A stretch of 64,000 nt of DNA from an uncultured Eubacteriaceae bacterium. Its GTDB lineage: Bacteria > Bacillota > Clostridia > Eubacteriales > UBA1433. This document shows positions 1 to 9,345 of this stretch, in pieces. The position numbers were made by a program, and so were the translations under genes. Position 1 is the stretch's first letter. Each line of letters starts with the position of its first letter. Under the pieces are notes generated by a model that made no database searches, was not told where the DNA came from, and saw only the letters and a program-made list of their open reading frames with translations. The stretch covers positions 138,156 to 202,155 of the forward strand of contig CAZHMK010000001.1 in assembly GCA_964533615.1 (NCBI GenBank). The letters are read 5' to 3'.

Positions 1-1
1 A

Positions 2-55
2 GGATTAAAGGCTGATAAAATAAATTTTTATGTTGACGATATTGTTGAAGTTTAA
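2..55 (+). CDS. 3' end of an Asp23/Gls24-family-like gene, cut by the window edge
   Basis: Frame 2 reads GLKADKINFYVDDIVEV then TAA. Only 17 codons are visible. An Asp23-like gene commonly precedes nusB in Firmicutes. Confidence 0.3.
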   Translation, partial: GLKADKINFYVDDIVEV

Positions 56-108
56 TTTTCATATCATCTATATAAAAAGCATTAATAAACTTTCAACAGG
101 AGGTCTTC

Positions 109-507
109 GTGAAACGAAGTGAAATTAGAGAAAAAACTTTCATTATTTTATTTCAACATGACTTTAATAATGAATTTACAGAAAATATTGACCACTATTT
201 AGAACGAGAAGGTTTGAAAAACAGTGCGGCGGAATATGCCAAACATACTATATTTGGTGTAATAGAAAATTTACCTTATATTGATAACATCATTAGTAAA
301 TATCTAATTAACTGGAATATTAATAGAATCAATAAAGTAGATATATCTGTATTGAGGCTGGCCATTTATGAAATATTATTAAATGATGAAATACCAGATA
401 AAGTGGCTATAAACGAAGCTATTGAATTAGTAAAAAAATATAACGGAAATACTGCAGGAGTTTTTGTTAATGGACTGCTAGATAAAGTTTATAAAAATGA
501 AAAATAA
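109..507 (+). CDS. nusB: Transcription antitermination factor NusB
   Basis: 132 aa with a GTG start and AGGAGG 6 nt upstream. NusB-like sequence throughout (REKTFIILFQ..., AINEAIELVKKY...FVNGLLDKV). Confidence 0.9.
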   Translation: MKRSEIREKTFIILFQHDFNNEFTENIDHYLEREGLKNSAAEYAKHTIFGVIENLPYIDNIISKYLINWNINRINKVDISVLRLAIYEILLNDEIPDKVAINEAIELVKKYNGNTAGVFVNGLLDKVYKNEK

Positions 508-513
508 TTATAC

Positions 514-542
514 AAACATATACTTCATGTATATGTTTTTTT
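514..542 (+). terminator. Intrinsic terminator after nusB
   Basis: Stem ACATATAC (516-523) / GTATATGT (529-536), 5-nt loop, followed by a T-run at 537-542. Confidence 0.5.
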
Positions 543-623
543 ATATAAATAAAATGCAAATACTATACATATTAAAAATTCTTTTGTTTAAAATAATATT
601 ATTATTAATTTAGGAGGAGAAAT

Positions 624-1064
624 ATGAATAACTGTTATCATTATCCATCAAGACATTTTCAAGGACGCCCCATGAAAAATTTTGATGAATTTTTTGATGA
701 TTATTTTAATTTCCCAGAAAAATATTCGGACCAAAAATACTTTACGTTTAATGTAGATATCACAGAGCATCATGATCATTATGAAATTGAAGCAGAATTG
801 GTAGGTTTAAATAAAGAAGAAATATGTATTGAGGCGAAACATGGGCAAATCATTTTATCTGCTAAACGTAAAAATATAAACAAAGCTGATGAAATCAATT
901 ATATTCAACAGGAAAGAAATTTCGGACATTTTCAGCGTGTTTTTTACTTAAATGATTTAGATGAAGAAAATATAACTGCTGAATATATGAATGGTCTTTT
1001 AAAAATCCATGCTAAAAAGGCATCCGTTAGAAAAAATAAAACAAATAAAATTCCTATAACTTAA
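624..1064 (+). CDS. Hsp20/alpha-crystallin family small heat-shock protein (copy 1)
   Basis: Alpha-crystallin domain pattern (FNVDITEHHDHYEIEAELVGLNKEEICIE..., GHFQRVFYL, AEYMNGLLKIHAKK). AGGAGG RBS. Confidence 0.88.
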   Translation: MNNCYHYPSRHFQGRPMKNFDEFFDDYFNFPEKYSDQKYFTFNVDITEHHDHYEIEAELVGLNKEEICIEAKHGQIILSAKRKNINKADEINYIQQERNFGHFQRVFYLNDLDEENITAEYMNGLLKIHAKKASVRKNKTNKIPIT

Positions 1065-1092
1065 TTTTATATTTAAAGGAGATAAAATAAAT

Positions 1093-1533
1093 ATGGAACG
1101 CCAACATTATCAATATCCATCACGCTATATGAGAGGACGACCAGAAAAAAATTTTCTGTCCTTTTGGGATGATTATATAAATTTTCCGGAAAAATATATT
1201 GACAGTAAATATTTTACGTTTAATGTAGATATTCAAGATTATGATGACCAGTATATTATTGAGGCGGAAATGGCAGGGTTGAATAAAGAAGATATTAACA
1301 TCGAAGCCGAATACGGACAGATAATTTTATCCGCTAACCGTAAAACTGTTCGCAATGAAGATAATTATTATATACAAAACGAAAGGAATTTTGGTCATTT
1401 TCAAAGAATATTTTATTTAAAAGATTTAGATGAGACAAATATCACAGCAGAATACAAAGATGGTTTATTAAAAATAAAAGCGAAAAAATCCACCAAAAAA
1501 AGCGATACAACAAATAAAATATCGATAAAATAA
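1093..1533 (+). CDS. Hsp20/alpha-crystallin family small heat-shock protein (copy 2, tandem paralogue)
   Basis: Same length (146 aa) and collinear with copy 1 (FNVDIQDYDDQYIIEAEMAGLNKEDINIE, GHFQRIFYL, AEYKDGLLKIKAKK). AAGGAG RBS. Confidence 0.88.
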   Translation: MERQHYQYPSRYMRGRPEKNFLSFWDDYINFPEKYIDSKYFTFNVDIQDYDDQYIIEAEMAGLNKEDINIEAEYGQIILSANRKTVRNEDNYYIQNERNFGHFQRIFYLKDLDETNITAEYKDGLLKIKAKKSTKKSDTTNKISIK

Positions 1534-1550
1534 ATTTAAAAATCGTACTT

Positions 1551-1583
1551 TACCTCAAGAAATATTAACTTGAGGTATTTTTT
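1551..1583 (+). terminator. Intrinsic terminator after the Hsp20 pair
   Basis: Stem TACCTCAAG (1551-1559) / CTTGAGGTA (1569-1577), followed by TTTTTT. Confidence 0.7.
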
Positions 1584-1653
1584 ATATCTTATTGTAGTTT
1601 TTTGTTCAAAATGTTAAAATATTTTCAATAAAAAATACTTAAAGGTATTACCT

Positions 1654-2145
1654 ATGGATGAAAAACAAGAAAATTTAATATCACAATATATGACATCAAA
1701 AAATAAACAAATTTATTATTGTAAGGAATGTGGTTGCATTATAGATAATGATGGAATATATACGGATAATGACTGTATTGCAGATTCAAAAAATAAACAA
1801 GTAAAAATATTAAATATTCTTTTAATTATTCTTAGCCTATTTTTGGTCGTATCAATCCATAAGATATATACATTAAATCAAAATTTACAGCAAACTGAAA
1901 GCATATTACAAACAAAAGATGCCCAGATTGACGAGCTAAATAGTCAATTATCCGAAGCACATGAACAAAATGCTTTTTTTAATGAGCATTGTGCTATCGT
2001 CCTAGACGGAAGAAAAATTTATCATACATACGACTGTTATTTTTTCCAAAACTCCAAAAATAAATTCTATGTAATGACAATCGAGCAGGCAGAAGATGCC
2101 GGATACAGACCTTGCAAAAAATGTCATAATACAAATAATGAATAA
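1654..2145 (+). CDS. Single-pass membrane protein with an N-terminal CxxC motif, a coiled-coil region and a C-terminal Ada-like Cys motif
   Basis: CKECGC near the N-terminus. Hydrophobic helix ILNILLIILSLFLVVSI. C-terminus IYHTYDCYFF...AEDAGYRPCKKCH resembles the Ada N-terminal metal-binding pattern (...A..GFRPCKRC). Confidence 0.55.
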   Translation: MDEKQENLISQYMTSKNKQIYYCKECGCIIDNDGIYTDNDCIADSKNKQVKILNILLIILSLFLVVSIHKIYTLNQNLQQTESILQTKDAQIDELNSQLSEAHEQNAFFNEHCAIVLDGRKIYHTYDCYFFQNSKNKFYVMTIEQAEDAGYRPCKKCHNTNNE

Positions 2146-2148
2146 AAG

Positions 2149-2580
2149 TTATTTACCTTCCACCTTGAATAAATATAATATCGTCTGCAAACCATCAACT
2201 TTAAAATTATTTTTCGGGAAAATTAAATTATTATCTTTTTTTACAAGTTGAATAGTAACTATATTTTTACAATCTCTCAAATCACATTCTACTACATCTC
2301 CATCGTAAATTGAAAAACTTACAGTGTTATTTTCGACGATTATATTACTGAGATAATACCCATTCACCATAATTTTAGCTTTTATATCAGAGACAGATAA
2401 AGTAACATTATATTGTTTGGGATAATATGCATTGTCTTCATATACCATAATATCTTGGCGTATATCTGTGGCCGAAGCAGGTGTTATTACATTTCTGGTT
2501 ATCAGAGTTTGGAATGAAACAACTAATATTAAACTAATTAAAAGTAATGCGCACACTATTTTTTCAGCAAATCTGTTCAT
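2149..2580 (-). CDS. Hypothetical secreted or membrane-anchored protein
   Basis: I chose the start at MNRFAEKIVCALLLISLILVV (ATG at 2580) because GGAGGAG lies 4-10 nt upstream. It has an N-terminal signal/anchor helix. I recognise no family. Confidence 0.5.
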   Translation of the reverse strand: MNRFAEKIVCALLLISLILVVSFQTLITRNVITPASATDIRQDIMVYEDNAYYPKQYNVTLSVSDIKAKIMVNGYYLSNIIVENNTVSFSIYDGDVVECDLRDCKNIVTIQLVKKDNNLIFPKNNFKVDGLQTILYLFKVEGK

Positions 2581-2743
2581 AACTCCTCCATTTGTTACTA
2601 TTATATGAATCTTAATGCGCATTATACTTTTAAATATTATTACTTACTTTGTGCCTTTATAATTATTCTTATGATAAAACCATATGTACTTACACTACTA
2701 TAATATATGCATTTCATTTTAATTGACAAGTAAATTTCTTTTC

Positions 2744-5095
2744 TTAAAATAAATCTACGACGGTTACCCCTGTTCCTCCTTCTGAATACCCTCCCGCTCT
2801 AAATGACCGCACATTTGGATTATGCTTGAGAAATTCTAATGTTTGTTTCCGCAGTATTCCTTCTCCTTTCCCATGAATAATCATAACTGATTTATACGAA
2901 GAAATAGTAGCATCGTCTATATATTTATCAATTGCTTTAATGGCATCAATACTATCCATTCCTCTTACATCTATTGATGTAGAAATATGCTTATTCTGCC
3001 TTTTTAAGGAAACAAAGGATGATTGCTTTTTCTTATTATCTTTTTCTAATAAATTTGTATTAAATTTTAAACGCATTGAACCGACTACAACTTCCGCTTC
3101 ATTTTTATTTAAAAGTTTGTGTACGACTCCGTGCGCATTTAAATGCTTTATAAAAACGCTATCACCAATGTTATAACTTTCCCTATTATTCAAATTTTCA
3201 TTATCAGTATTTATCGTTTCAGATTTTTCAAATTCTTTCCCTAATTCTTTTAATTCTTTTTTTACTGCTTCTGCTTGTTTTAAATCTATATTTGATTCTT
3301 TCTTAAGATGTATTAACTCATCAACCAGAGTATTAGATTGTGCTTTTGCTTGCAGGATAATATTATAAGCTTCTGATTTTGCATTTTTAATTAATTGTTC
3401 TTTTTCCTTTGCAATTTTTTCTTCTTTTTCCTTCGTTTTTTTTAAATATTCCTCTGACTGAATCATATTATAACGTATTTGCTGTGCATTCTTTTCTATT
3501 TCCGTTTGCTTTTCTTTTATTTTTTGTAATATATTTTCAAAACTTTCATCTTTATTGCTTAAATACTTTTTAGCATCAGTAATAATATTATCCTGTAACC
3601 CAAGTCTCTGAGCGATCTTAATTGCATTTGATTCACCAGGCAGACCAATTATTAATTTATAAGTCGGTCTTAAAGTGTCTACATCAAATTCTACACTTGC
3701 ATTAACAACTTCTCTTTTTATTAAAGCATATTTTTTTAACTCTGAATAATGTGTGCTAACTAAAGCTTTTGATTTTTTCTGCAAAAGCGTATCAATAATT
3801 GCCATTCCGAGAGCTGCCCCTTCCACAGGGTCTGTTCCGGCTCCTATCTCGTCTATTAAAATCAAAGTGTTTTCATCTGCATCATTTAAGATATCAATAA
3901 GATTCTTCATATGTGATGAAAATGTGGAGAGAGATTGTTCTATACTTTGTTCATCCCCAATATCAGCATAAATTTTCTCGAATACATTAATTTTACTATA
4001 TTCTTTTGCCGGAATCATAATCCCGCTTTGCGCCATTAACTGAAGTATTCCTAAAGTTTTTAGTGCTACTGTCTTTCCTCCGGTATTTGGTCCTGTAATA
4101 ATAACTATTGAATAATTATCATTAAAAACAATATCGGATGCCACAACATCCGTTTTATTTATTAACGGATGCCGTGCAGAATAAAGGGCTGTATTTCCAT
4201 CATCTGTCAATATCGGACAAATAGCATTTAACTCCGAAGCATACTCTGCTTTTGCAAAAATGATATCCAAATTAATTAACGCATCATAACACAAAAATAG
4301 ATCTTCAGCCATAACAGATACACGAGCGCTAAGTTCTGAAAGAATCTTTTCTATTTCTTGTAATTCTTTTAATTGTAATTCTTTTAATTTATTGTTCATA
4401 TTAAAAGCTTTTTCCGGCTCTATAAAATATGTGGCCCCTGTCGAAGATATATCATGAACAGTTCCGCGTATCATATCCTTATACTCTGCTTTTACGGGTA
4501 TTGTGAGTCTTTGATTTTTCATAGCAGGCATAATATCAGATAAATATTTTTTATTATTCGGATTATTTAAAATAGAATTAATTGTAGAAATAATCTGGCT
4601 ATCAAGTCCTTTTATCTCTCTTCTTAGTCTCATTAATTCTCCTGAAGCATTATCTGATAGCTGTTCACTATCAAGAAATATTTTTTCCAACTCTTTTAAA
4701 AATTCAATATCGATATTAAGATACGACACAATAGCCAATATTAAATCAATATCTAAGTTTAACAATATATCTTCAGTAAAATATTTAAGCACATTTGAAC
4801 AAATTTTTAAAAATCTTTTTAGTTCCCAGAACTCAAAAATGCTAAGCACTCCACCTTTTTGGGCTTTCAGAACCGAATCATCAACAGTATAAAAAGGTGC
4901 AATAGGTATACTTCCAATCGATCTAATTACCTTTAATGCTTGTTCGGTTTTTATTAACTCATTTTGTACATTGTTTTTATTAGTATAAGGTAAAATGCCA
5001 CCTATTCTTTTCTTCGATATTTCTGACTTAGAAAATTTTTGTATATATTCAAGTATCTTATTAAATTCTAATATTTTATATAATTTCTCGTTCAT
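2744..5095 (-). CDS. mutS2: Endonuclease MutS2 (MutS domain V ATPase plus C-terminal Smr domain)
   Basis: 783 aa. Walker A GPNTGGKT, DEIGAGTDP, a long coiled-coil linker, and a C-terminal Smr region (IDVRGM...IIHGKGEGILR). Confidence 0.92.
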   Translation of the reverse strand: MNEKLYKILEFNKILEYIQKFSKSEISKKRIGGILPYTNKNNVQNELIKTEQALKVIRSIGSIPIAPFYTVDDSVLKAQKGGVLSIFEFWELKRFLKICSNVLKYFTEDILLNLDIDLILAIVSYLNIDIEFLKELEKIFLDSEQLSDNASGELMRLRREIKGLDSQIISTINSILNNPNNKKYLSDIMPAMKNQRLTIPVKAEYKDMIRGTVHDISSTGATYFIEPEKAFNMNNKLKELQLKELQEIEKILSELSARVSVMAEDLFLCYDALINLDIIFAKAEYASELNAICPILTDDGNTALYSARHPLINKTDVVASDIVFNDNYSIVIITGPNTGGKTVALKTLGILQLMAQSGIMIPAKEYSKINVFEKIYADIGDEQSIEQSLSTFSSHMKNLIDILNDADENTLILIDEIGAGTDPVEGAALGMAIIDTLLQKKSKALVSTHYSELKKYALIKREVVNASVEFDVDTLRPTYKLIIGLPGESNAIKIAQRLGLQDNIITDAKKYLSNKDESFENILQKIKEKQTEIEKNAQQIRYNMIQSEEYLKKTKEKEEKIAKEKEQLIKNAKSEAYNIILQAKAQSNTLVDELIHLKKESNIDLKQAEAVKKELKELGKEFEKSETINTDNENLNNRESYNIGDSVFIKHLNAHGVVHKLLNKNEAEVVVGSMRLKFNTNLLEKDNKKKQSSFVSLKRQNKHISTSIDVRGMDSIDAIKAIDKYIDDATISSYKSVMIIHGKGEGILRKQTLEFLKHNPNVRSFRAGGYSEGGTGVTVVDLF

Positions 5096-6401
5096 TTTTT
5101 CCTCTTTTTTTCTTTTTAATAAAAAGAATCACTATAATAAAAATGAAGAGTATTCCTAGGCAAATATATTTTTCGAAATAAAATTCATCTTGCAAAACAG
5201 AATTTTCTGCAATCAAATTCACCGATAAAATTTGATTTCCATCTTTATCTTTTACAATTGCCTCTCCTATGATATCTCCATTATTAATGTTTGATTTTAT
5301 AAAATATTTCCCAAATTTTAAATCAATTTTTGTATCATTAAATGTTTTTTTACATGTAACACCCTCTGTTTGCTTCTCCGCAAGAAAACTTATATTTTTT
5401 TCTAAAGTAATATTTAATTCCTTTGCGGTATCTTTAACGCTGTTTAAAATTTCTATTCGATCTATAATTTCTCCAGCTTTTCCAAAAGATAATAATTTAT
5501 AATTTTTTATAACATAATCAAAAGAATCAATTGCATCTGAAAACAGATCTTCCTTATTAGATTTTAAAATGACAGCTACTATTTGCATTCCGTCCTTTTC
5601 AAAATATGCAACGATGGTTCTTCCTGCTTTTACTGTATATCCGGTCTTTAGACCTTTGGCATACTCGCAATAATATTTATTTAGTCCCTTTTCATTAGCC
5701 CATTTAATATTTTCCAATGTTTCCTGCAGTAATAAATTACAATTATACCATGTATGTTTTTTATTATTTGTTGCATATATATTTGTTGATGCAATATCAG
5801 CTAGGGTATCGTTGTTTAAAAATTTTTTAGCAATTAAACTCATATCGTACGCTGTTGTATAATGATTATCATCATGAAGTCCGCTTGGATTAACAAAATT
5901 AGAATTTAACGTTCCTATTTTTTTCGCTTTTTGATTCATCAATGATGCAAAATAAGCTATTTGTTCATCTATGGTTTGCAAGCTAACATCTAATTTCTTT
6001 GCAGTATATACTGCGACGATGTTTGCCACGTCATTTCCAGATGGAAGCAGCATTCCGTAAAGCAATTCTAAAAACGTTAATTTCTCACCGAATTTAATAT
6101 TTGCTATGCTGGAATTTTGCGAAATATAATATATTTCATATCCTGCAACAATTGTCTCATCTAAATCAATATAATCAATTGCAGTCAAGGCTGTCAGAAG
6201 CTTCGTAATGCTTGCAGGATAATATTTTTTTTGAGCATTATTTTCATATATCAATGTATTTGTAGATATCTCTTCTATGTATATTCCTTTTGTTTCGGCA
6301 TCTTTGATGCCTACGTTTTGTGCAAGAATGACAGGTGATGCATTAAAAAAAACGAAATACATCACCATCATTACTACTAAAAATCTTTTCATATTAATCA
6401 C
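5076..6401 (-). CDS. Serine-type D-alanyl-D-alanine carboxypeptidase (PBP5/DacB-like)
   Basis: SxxK (SITK), SGN and KTG motifs in the correct order, with an N-terminal signal sequence and a C-terminal membrane anchor. Confidence 0.88.
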   Translation of the reverse strand: MINMKRFLVVMMVMYFVFFNASPVILAQNVGIKDAETKGIYIEEISTNTLIYENNAQKKYYPASITKLLTALTAIDYIDLDETIVAGYEIYYISQNSSIANIKFGEKLTFLELLYGMLLPSGNDVANIVAVYTAKKLDVSLQTIDEQIAYFASLMNQKAKKIGTLNSNFVNPSGLHDDNHYTTAYDMSLIAKKFLNNDTLADIASTNIYATNNKKHTWYNCNLLLQETLENIKWANEKGLNKYYCEYAKGLKTGYTVKAGRTIVAYFEKDGMQIVAVILKSNKEDLFSDAIDSFDYVIKNYKLLSFGKAGEIIDRIEILNSVKDTAKELNITLEKNISFLAEKQTEGVTCKKTFNDTKIDLKFGKYFIKSNINNGDIIGEAIVKDKDGNQILSVNLIAENSVLQDEFYFEKYICLGILFIFIIVILFIKKKKRGKNEREII

Positions 6402-6428
6402 ATCATTACTGCTAAAAGTTTTTTCATA

Positions 6429-9335
6429 TTATTTGATTAAATATCTAAAATTCTTATATAGATCTTTATTTTTTTCTATCGCAGTTTTTGATGCGATAGT
6501 ACACAAATAACTTTGCTCAGATTTCATTTTATGAAACATATCTACAAAATTTCTTATATCATTCTCAGTTGTGGAGAGTATATTATCTCTTATTTTCATT
6601 CTTTCATCATACGTAACATCGCTTTTATAAGCTGTATATTCACGCTTAGCCAACGCCAACGGTGGCACAGGCATATCCAAAGCAGCAATAGTACCTATGA
6701 TAAACTTATTAATGGTTTCTCTATCGAGATCGACTTGTTTTAAATAATGATCTATATCATCAAAAACTTCATACGTACGCAATATATGGGGATCCCTATA
6801 AGAAGAAATAATCATATTCCCAGAACGTTCAACCACAAAGAATGCCCCGTATGCCCCTCCCCTAACTCTGACATTATTCCAAAGATAATCAGTTTGCAAT
6901 ATTGTTTTTAATACTAACATAAAACCGTTGTAAGAAAATCCCGCTTTTAAGTAGTCATAAGCCCTTCCTACATAATTCACATCTGTAGACATAATCAAAG
7001 CTTCATTTTTAGCTTCAAAAGAAAGATATATATCTTTTGCTGGATTATTATTTTCATATTTTTTAAAAAAGTTTTTTGTTAGATTCACAATACTTTCATT
7101 ATATTTTTCTTCCAAAGTCAACAATAATTCAACTTTACAATTTAGAAAGATATACTTATAAAGTTTTAACATTTCTGTAATGACCGTATTATATTTTTTT
7201 TCAAAATTTATATACAAATCTTCAATAAAATCATAATAATCCAACCCATGCAAATATTCGCTTAAAGCGCCTGCCGAATTAAGATAAGAATTTAATCTAT
7301 TGATCAATACTCCTCTTGCATTATAAATGATTTTATTTTTTTCTCGAGCAGCTTCTTTTGCAATAATTTCAAAAATTCTTTTTTTATCTGTTAAAATACT
7401 CTTTGTAATTATTTCATCTAAAAGATCCATAGCTTTATCTCTTTTTTCATATAAAAAGCGCATACTGATGACTAACTGAGGATATGCTTTATTTGTTTTC
7501 AAATTTTTGCTGATTGTTACATTAAAATCAAGTCCTCCAGTATTGATCTTAATCGCATTTGAAAGCTGATCAAACGTATAATTAGTTGTCGCTGTCTCTG
7601 TCAGGCATGCAGACAAAAGATTGATATAATGATATTTTGAAATATCTACTTCACTGATGTCATAATAGACATTTAAATAAATAATTCCTTGTGTATTATC
7701 ATTGTATAAAAAGATATTATCATTTTTTTGCAGTATTTTTTTTTCGGGATATTTAATTTCACTGATTGGCAATACCGGTATTTTACTAAGATTTTCTTTG
7801 CTGTCCGGAGTATTTTGAATTTTTATCAATTCTTTTGTTTTGTCGATGATGCAGTTTATCTCCCTATCATTAAATTTATCTTTTTTTTCTTTTAATGACT
7901 TCCTAACCAACTTATCTTTTTCTTCCGCTATGCCCTTTTTAGGTTTTAAAACAATAGCTGTTTTATGTTCATTTTTTAAAATATGCTTCTTTATTAAATT
8001 TTCAAAATATTCGTTATGAGCTGCTTGTTTTATTTCATCCAAGTTTTGTTTATAGGCTATATGAGTTTTAGGATTATATCCATATATCAGGGCATCTAAA
8101 ATATCAATATTATAAAGCAATCCTTTTGGAAGTGTTGAATTATCTATATCTTTAATAGTAAATTCATACATATTTAAAGCAGCATCAATTAAATCTTTAT
8201 CTATTCCATTTGTCACTAAATCTTCAAGTGTATCTTCTATAAGCTCATAGAATTTATTTTGCGTATTTTCTTTTAAATCACGTCCAATTAACATTAAAGT
8301 ATAATAATATAAATCTGTTTCATAAAAACCATCAATTTCTTTGCCTATTTTCGCATTATTAAAAGCAATTCTTATCGGTGAAGAAGGATAATGAACTAGA
8401 AGCTTTTCCAAAATTTGAAAGCTCATCTTTAGTTTTGGTTCTTTAGCATTACCAATACTGTAGCTTAAATTATAAATTTCTTTACCTTTGCTTTCTTCTT
8501 CCTCTGTAATCGGATAATATTTTATTATTTCTTTACCAGTTTTAATTTTATTTTGAACAGGAATATTATCGGGTATTTTTTTGTAATCAAATTTACTTAA
8601 ATATTCTTCATTTAAATAGGCCAGACAATTATTGATATTGCAATTTCCATATAAGTAAATAACACTGTTGGAAGGATGATAATATTTTTCATGAAAATCA
8701 ATAAAAGCTTTATAGCTTAGTTTTATAATGTCTTCCGGTTTGCCGCCTGACGAATACTTATAAGAAGTGTCGGAATACAACGTTTCCAATATGCTGTCGA
8801 TTAATATTTCATCGGGATTTGAATAAGCTCCTTTCATTTCGTTATAGACGACCCCGTTATATGCTAACGGATCACTTTCTTTCTCTAAATGATAATGCCA
8901 TCCTTCTTGCATAAACACAAATTCATTTTCATAAATTCTCGGATAAAATACGGCATCCAAATATACATCCATCAAATTCATAAAATCTTTTTCATTAATG
9001 CTCGCTATGGGATATATTGTTTTATCCGGATAAGTCATTGCATTAAGAAATGTTTTTAGCGAACCTTTCAAAAGTTCAACAAATGGTTCTTTTAAGGGAT
9101 ATTTTCTTGACCCGTTTAATACACTGTGTTCAATAATATGCGCTACTCCGGTACTGTCGGATACAGGTGTTTTAAACGCAATTGAAAATACTTTATTTTC
9201 ATCTACATTGGACAAATATACCAACTCAGCTTTTGTTTTTTGATGTTCAAAATAATAAAGCGTGCTATCTGTTTCCGTTATTTCAGTTTTTTCTTTTAAA
9301 TAAAATCCGTTATAAACATTTCCAGTAATCAGCAT
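6429..9335 (-). CDS. Insulinase-family Zn metallopeptidase (M16C, PreP-like)
   Basis: 968 aa with the inverted zinc motif HIIEHSVLNGS (HxxEH) near the N-terminus. The length is typical of M16C. Confidence 0.85.
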   Translation of the reverse strand: MLITGNVYNGFYLKEKTEITETDSTLYYFEHQKTKAELVYLSNVDENKVFSIAFKTPVSDSTGVAHIIEHSVLNGSRKYPLKEPFVELLKGSLKTFLNAMTYPDKTIYPIASINEKDFMNLMDVYLDAVFYPRIYENEFVFMQEGWHYHLEKESDPLAYNGVVYNEMKGAYSNPDEILIDSILETLYSDTSYKYSSGGKPEDIIKLSYKAFIDFHEKYYHPSNSVIYLYGNCNINNCLAYLNEEYLSKFDYKKIPDNIPVQNKIKTGKEIIKYYPITEEEESKGKEIYNLSYSIGNAKEPKLKMSFQILEKLLVHYPSSPIRIAFNNAKIGKEIDGFYETDLYYYTLMLIGRDLKENTQNKFYELIEDTLEDLVTNGIDKDLIDAALNMYEFTIKDIDNSTLPKGLLYNIDILDALIYGYNPKTHIAYKQNLDEIKQAAHNEYFENLIKKHILKNEHKTAIVLKPKKGIAEEKDKLVRKSLKEKKDKFNDREINCIIDKTKELIKIQNTPDSKENLSKIPVLPISEIKYPEKKILQKNDNIFLYNDNTQGIIYLNVYYDISEVDISKYHYINLLSACLTETATTNYTFDQLSNAIKINTGGLDFNVTISKNLKTNKAYPQLVISMRFLYEKRDKAMDLLDEIITKSILTDKKRIFEIIAKEAAREKNKIIYNARGVLINRLNSYLNSAGALSEYLHGLDYYDFIEDLYINFEKKYNTVITEMLKLYKYIFLNCKVELLLTLEEKYNESIVNLTKNFFKKYENNNPAKDIYLSFEAKNEALIMSTDVNYVGRAYDYLKAGFSYNGFMLVLKTILQTDYLWNNVRVRGGAYGAFFVVERSGNMIISSYRDPHILRTYEVFDDIDHYLKQVDLDRETINKFIIGTIAALDMPVPPLALAKREYTAYKSDVTYDERMKIRDNILSTTENDIRNFVDMFHKMKSEQSYLCTIASKTAIEKNKDLYKNFRYLIK

Positions 9336-9345
9336 GTTAATCTCC

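Noticed and set aside
543-623. CIRCE/HrcA operator upstream of the Hsp20 genes.
   Set aside because: I looked for TTAGCACTC-N9-GAGTGCTAA. No approximate match is present.
2940-3176. Plus-strand 78-aa ORF inside mutS2. The same applies to 3753-3971, 5269-5502, 6277-6510 and 6513-6743.
   Set aside because: These are antisense to long, well-supported genes. They have low-complexity, Leu/Ser/Phe-rich translations typical of the reverse strand of AT-rich coding DNA. They have no RBS and I recognise no family.
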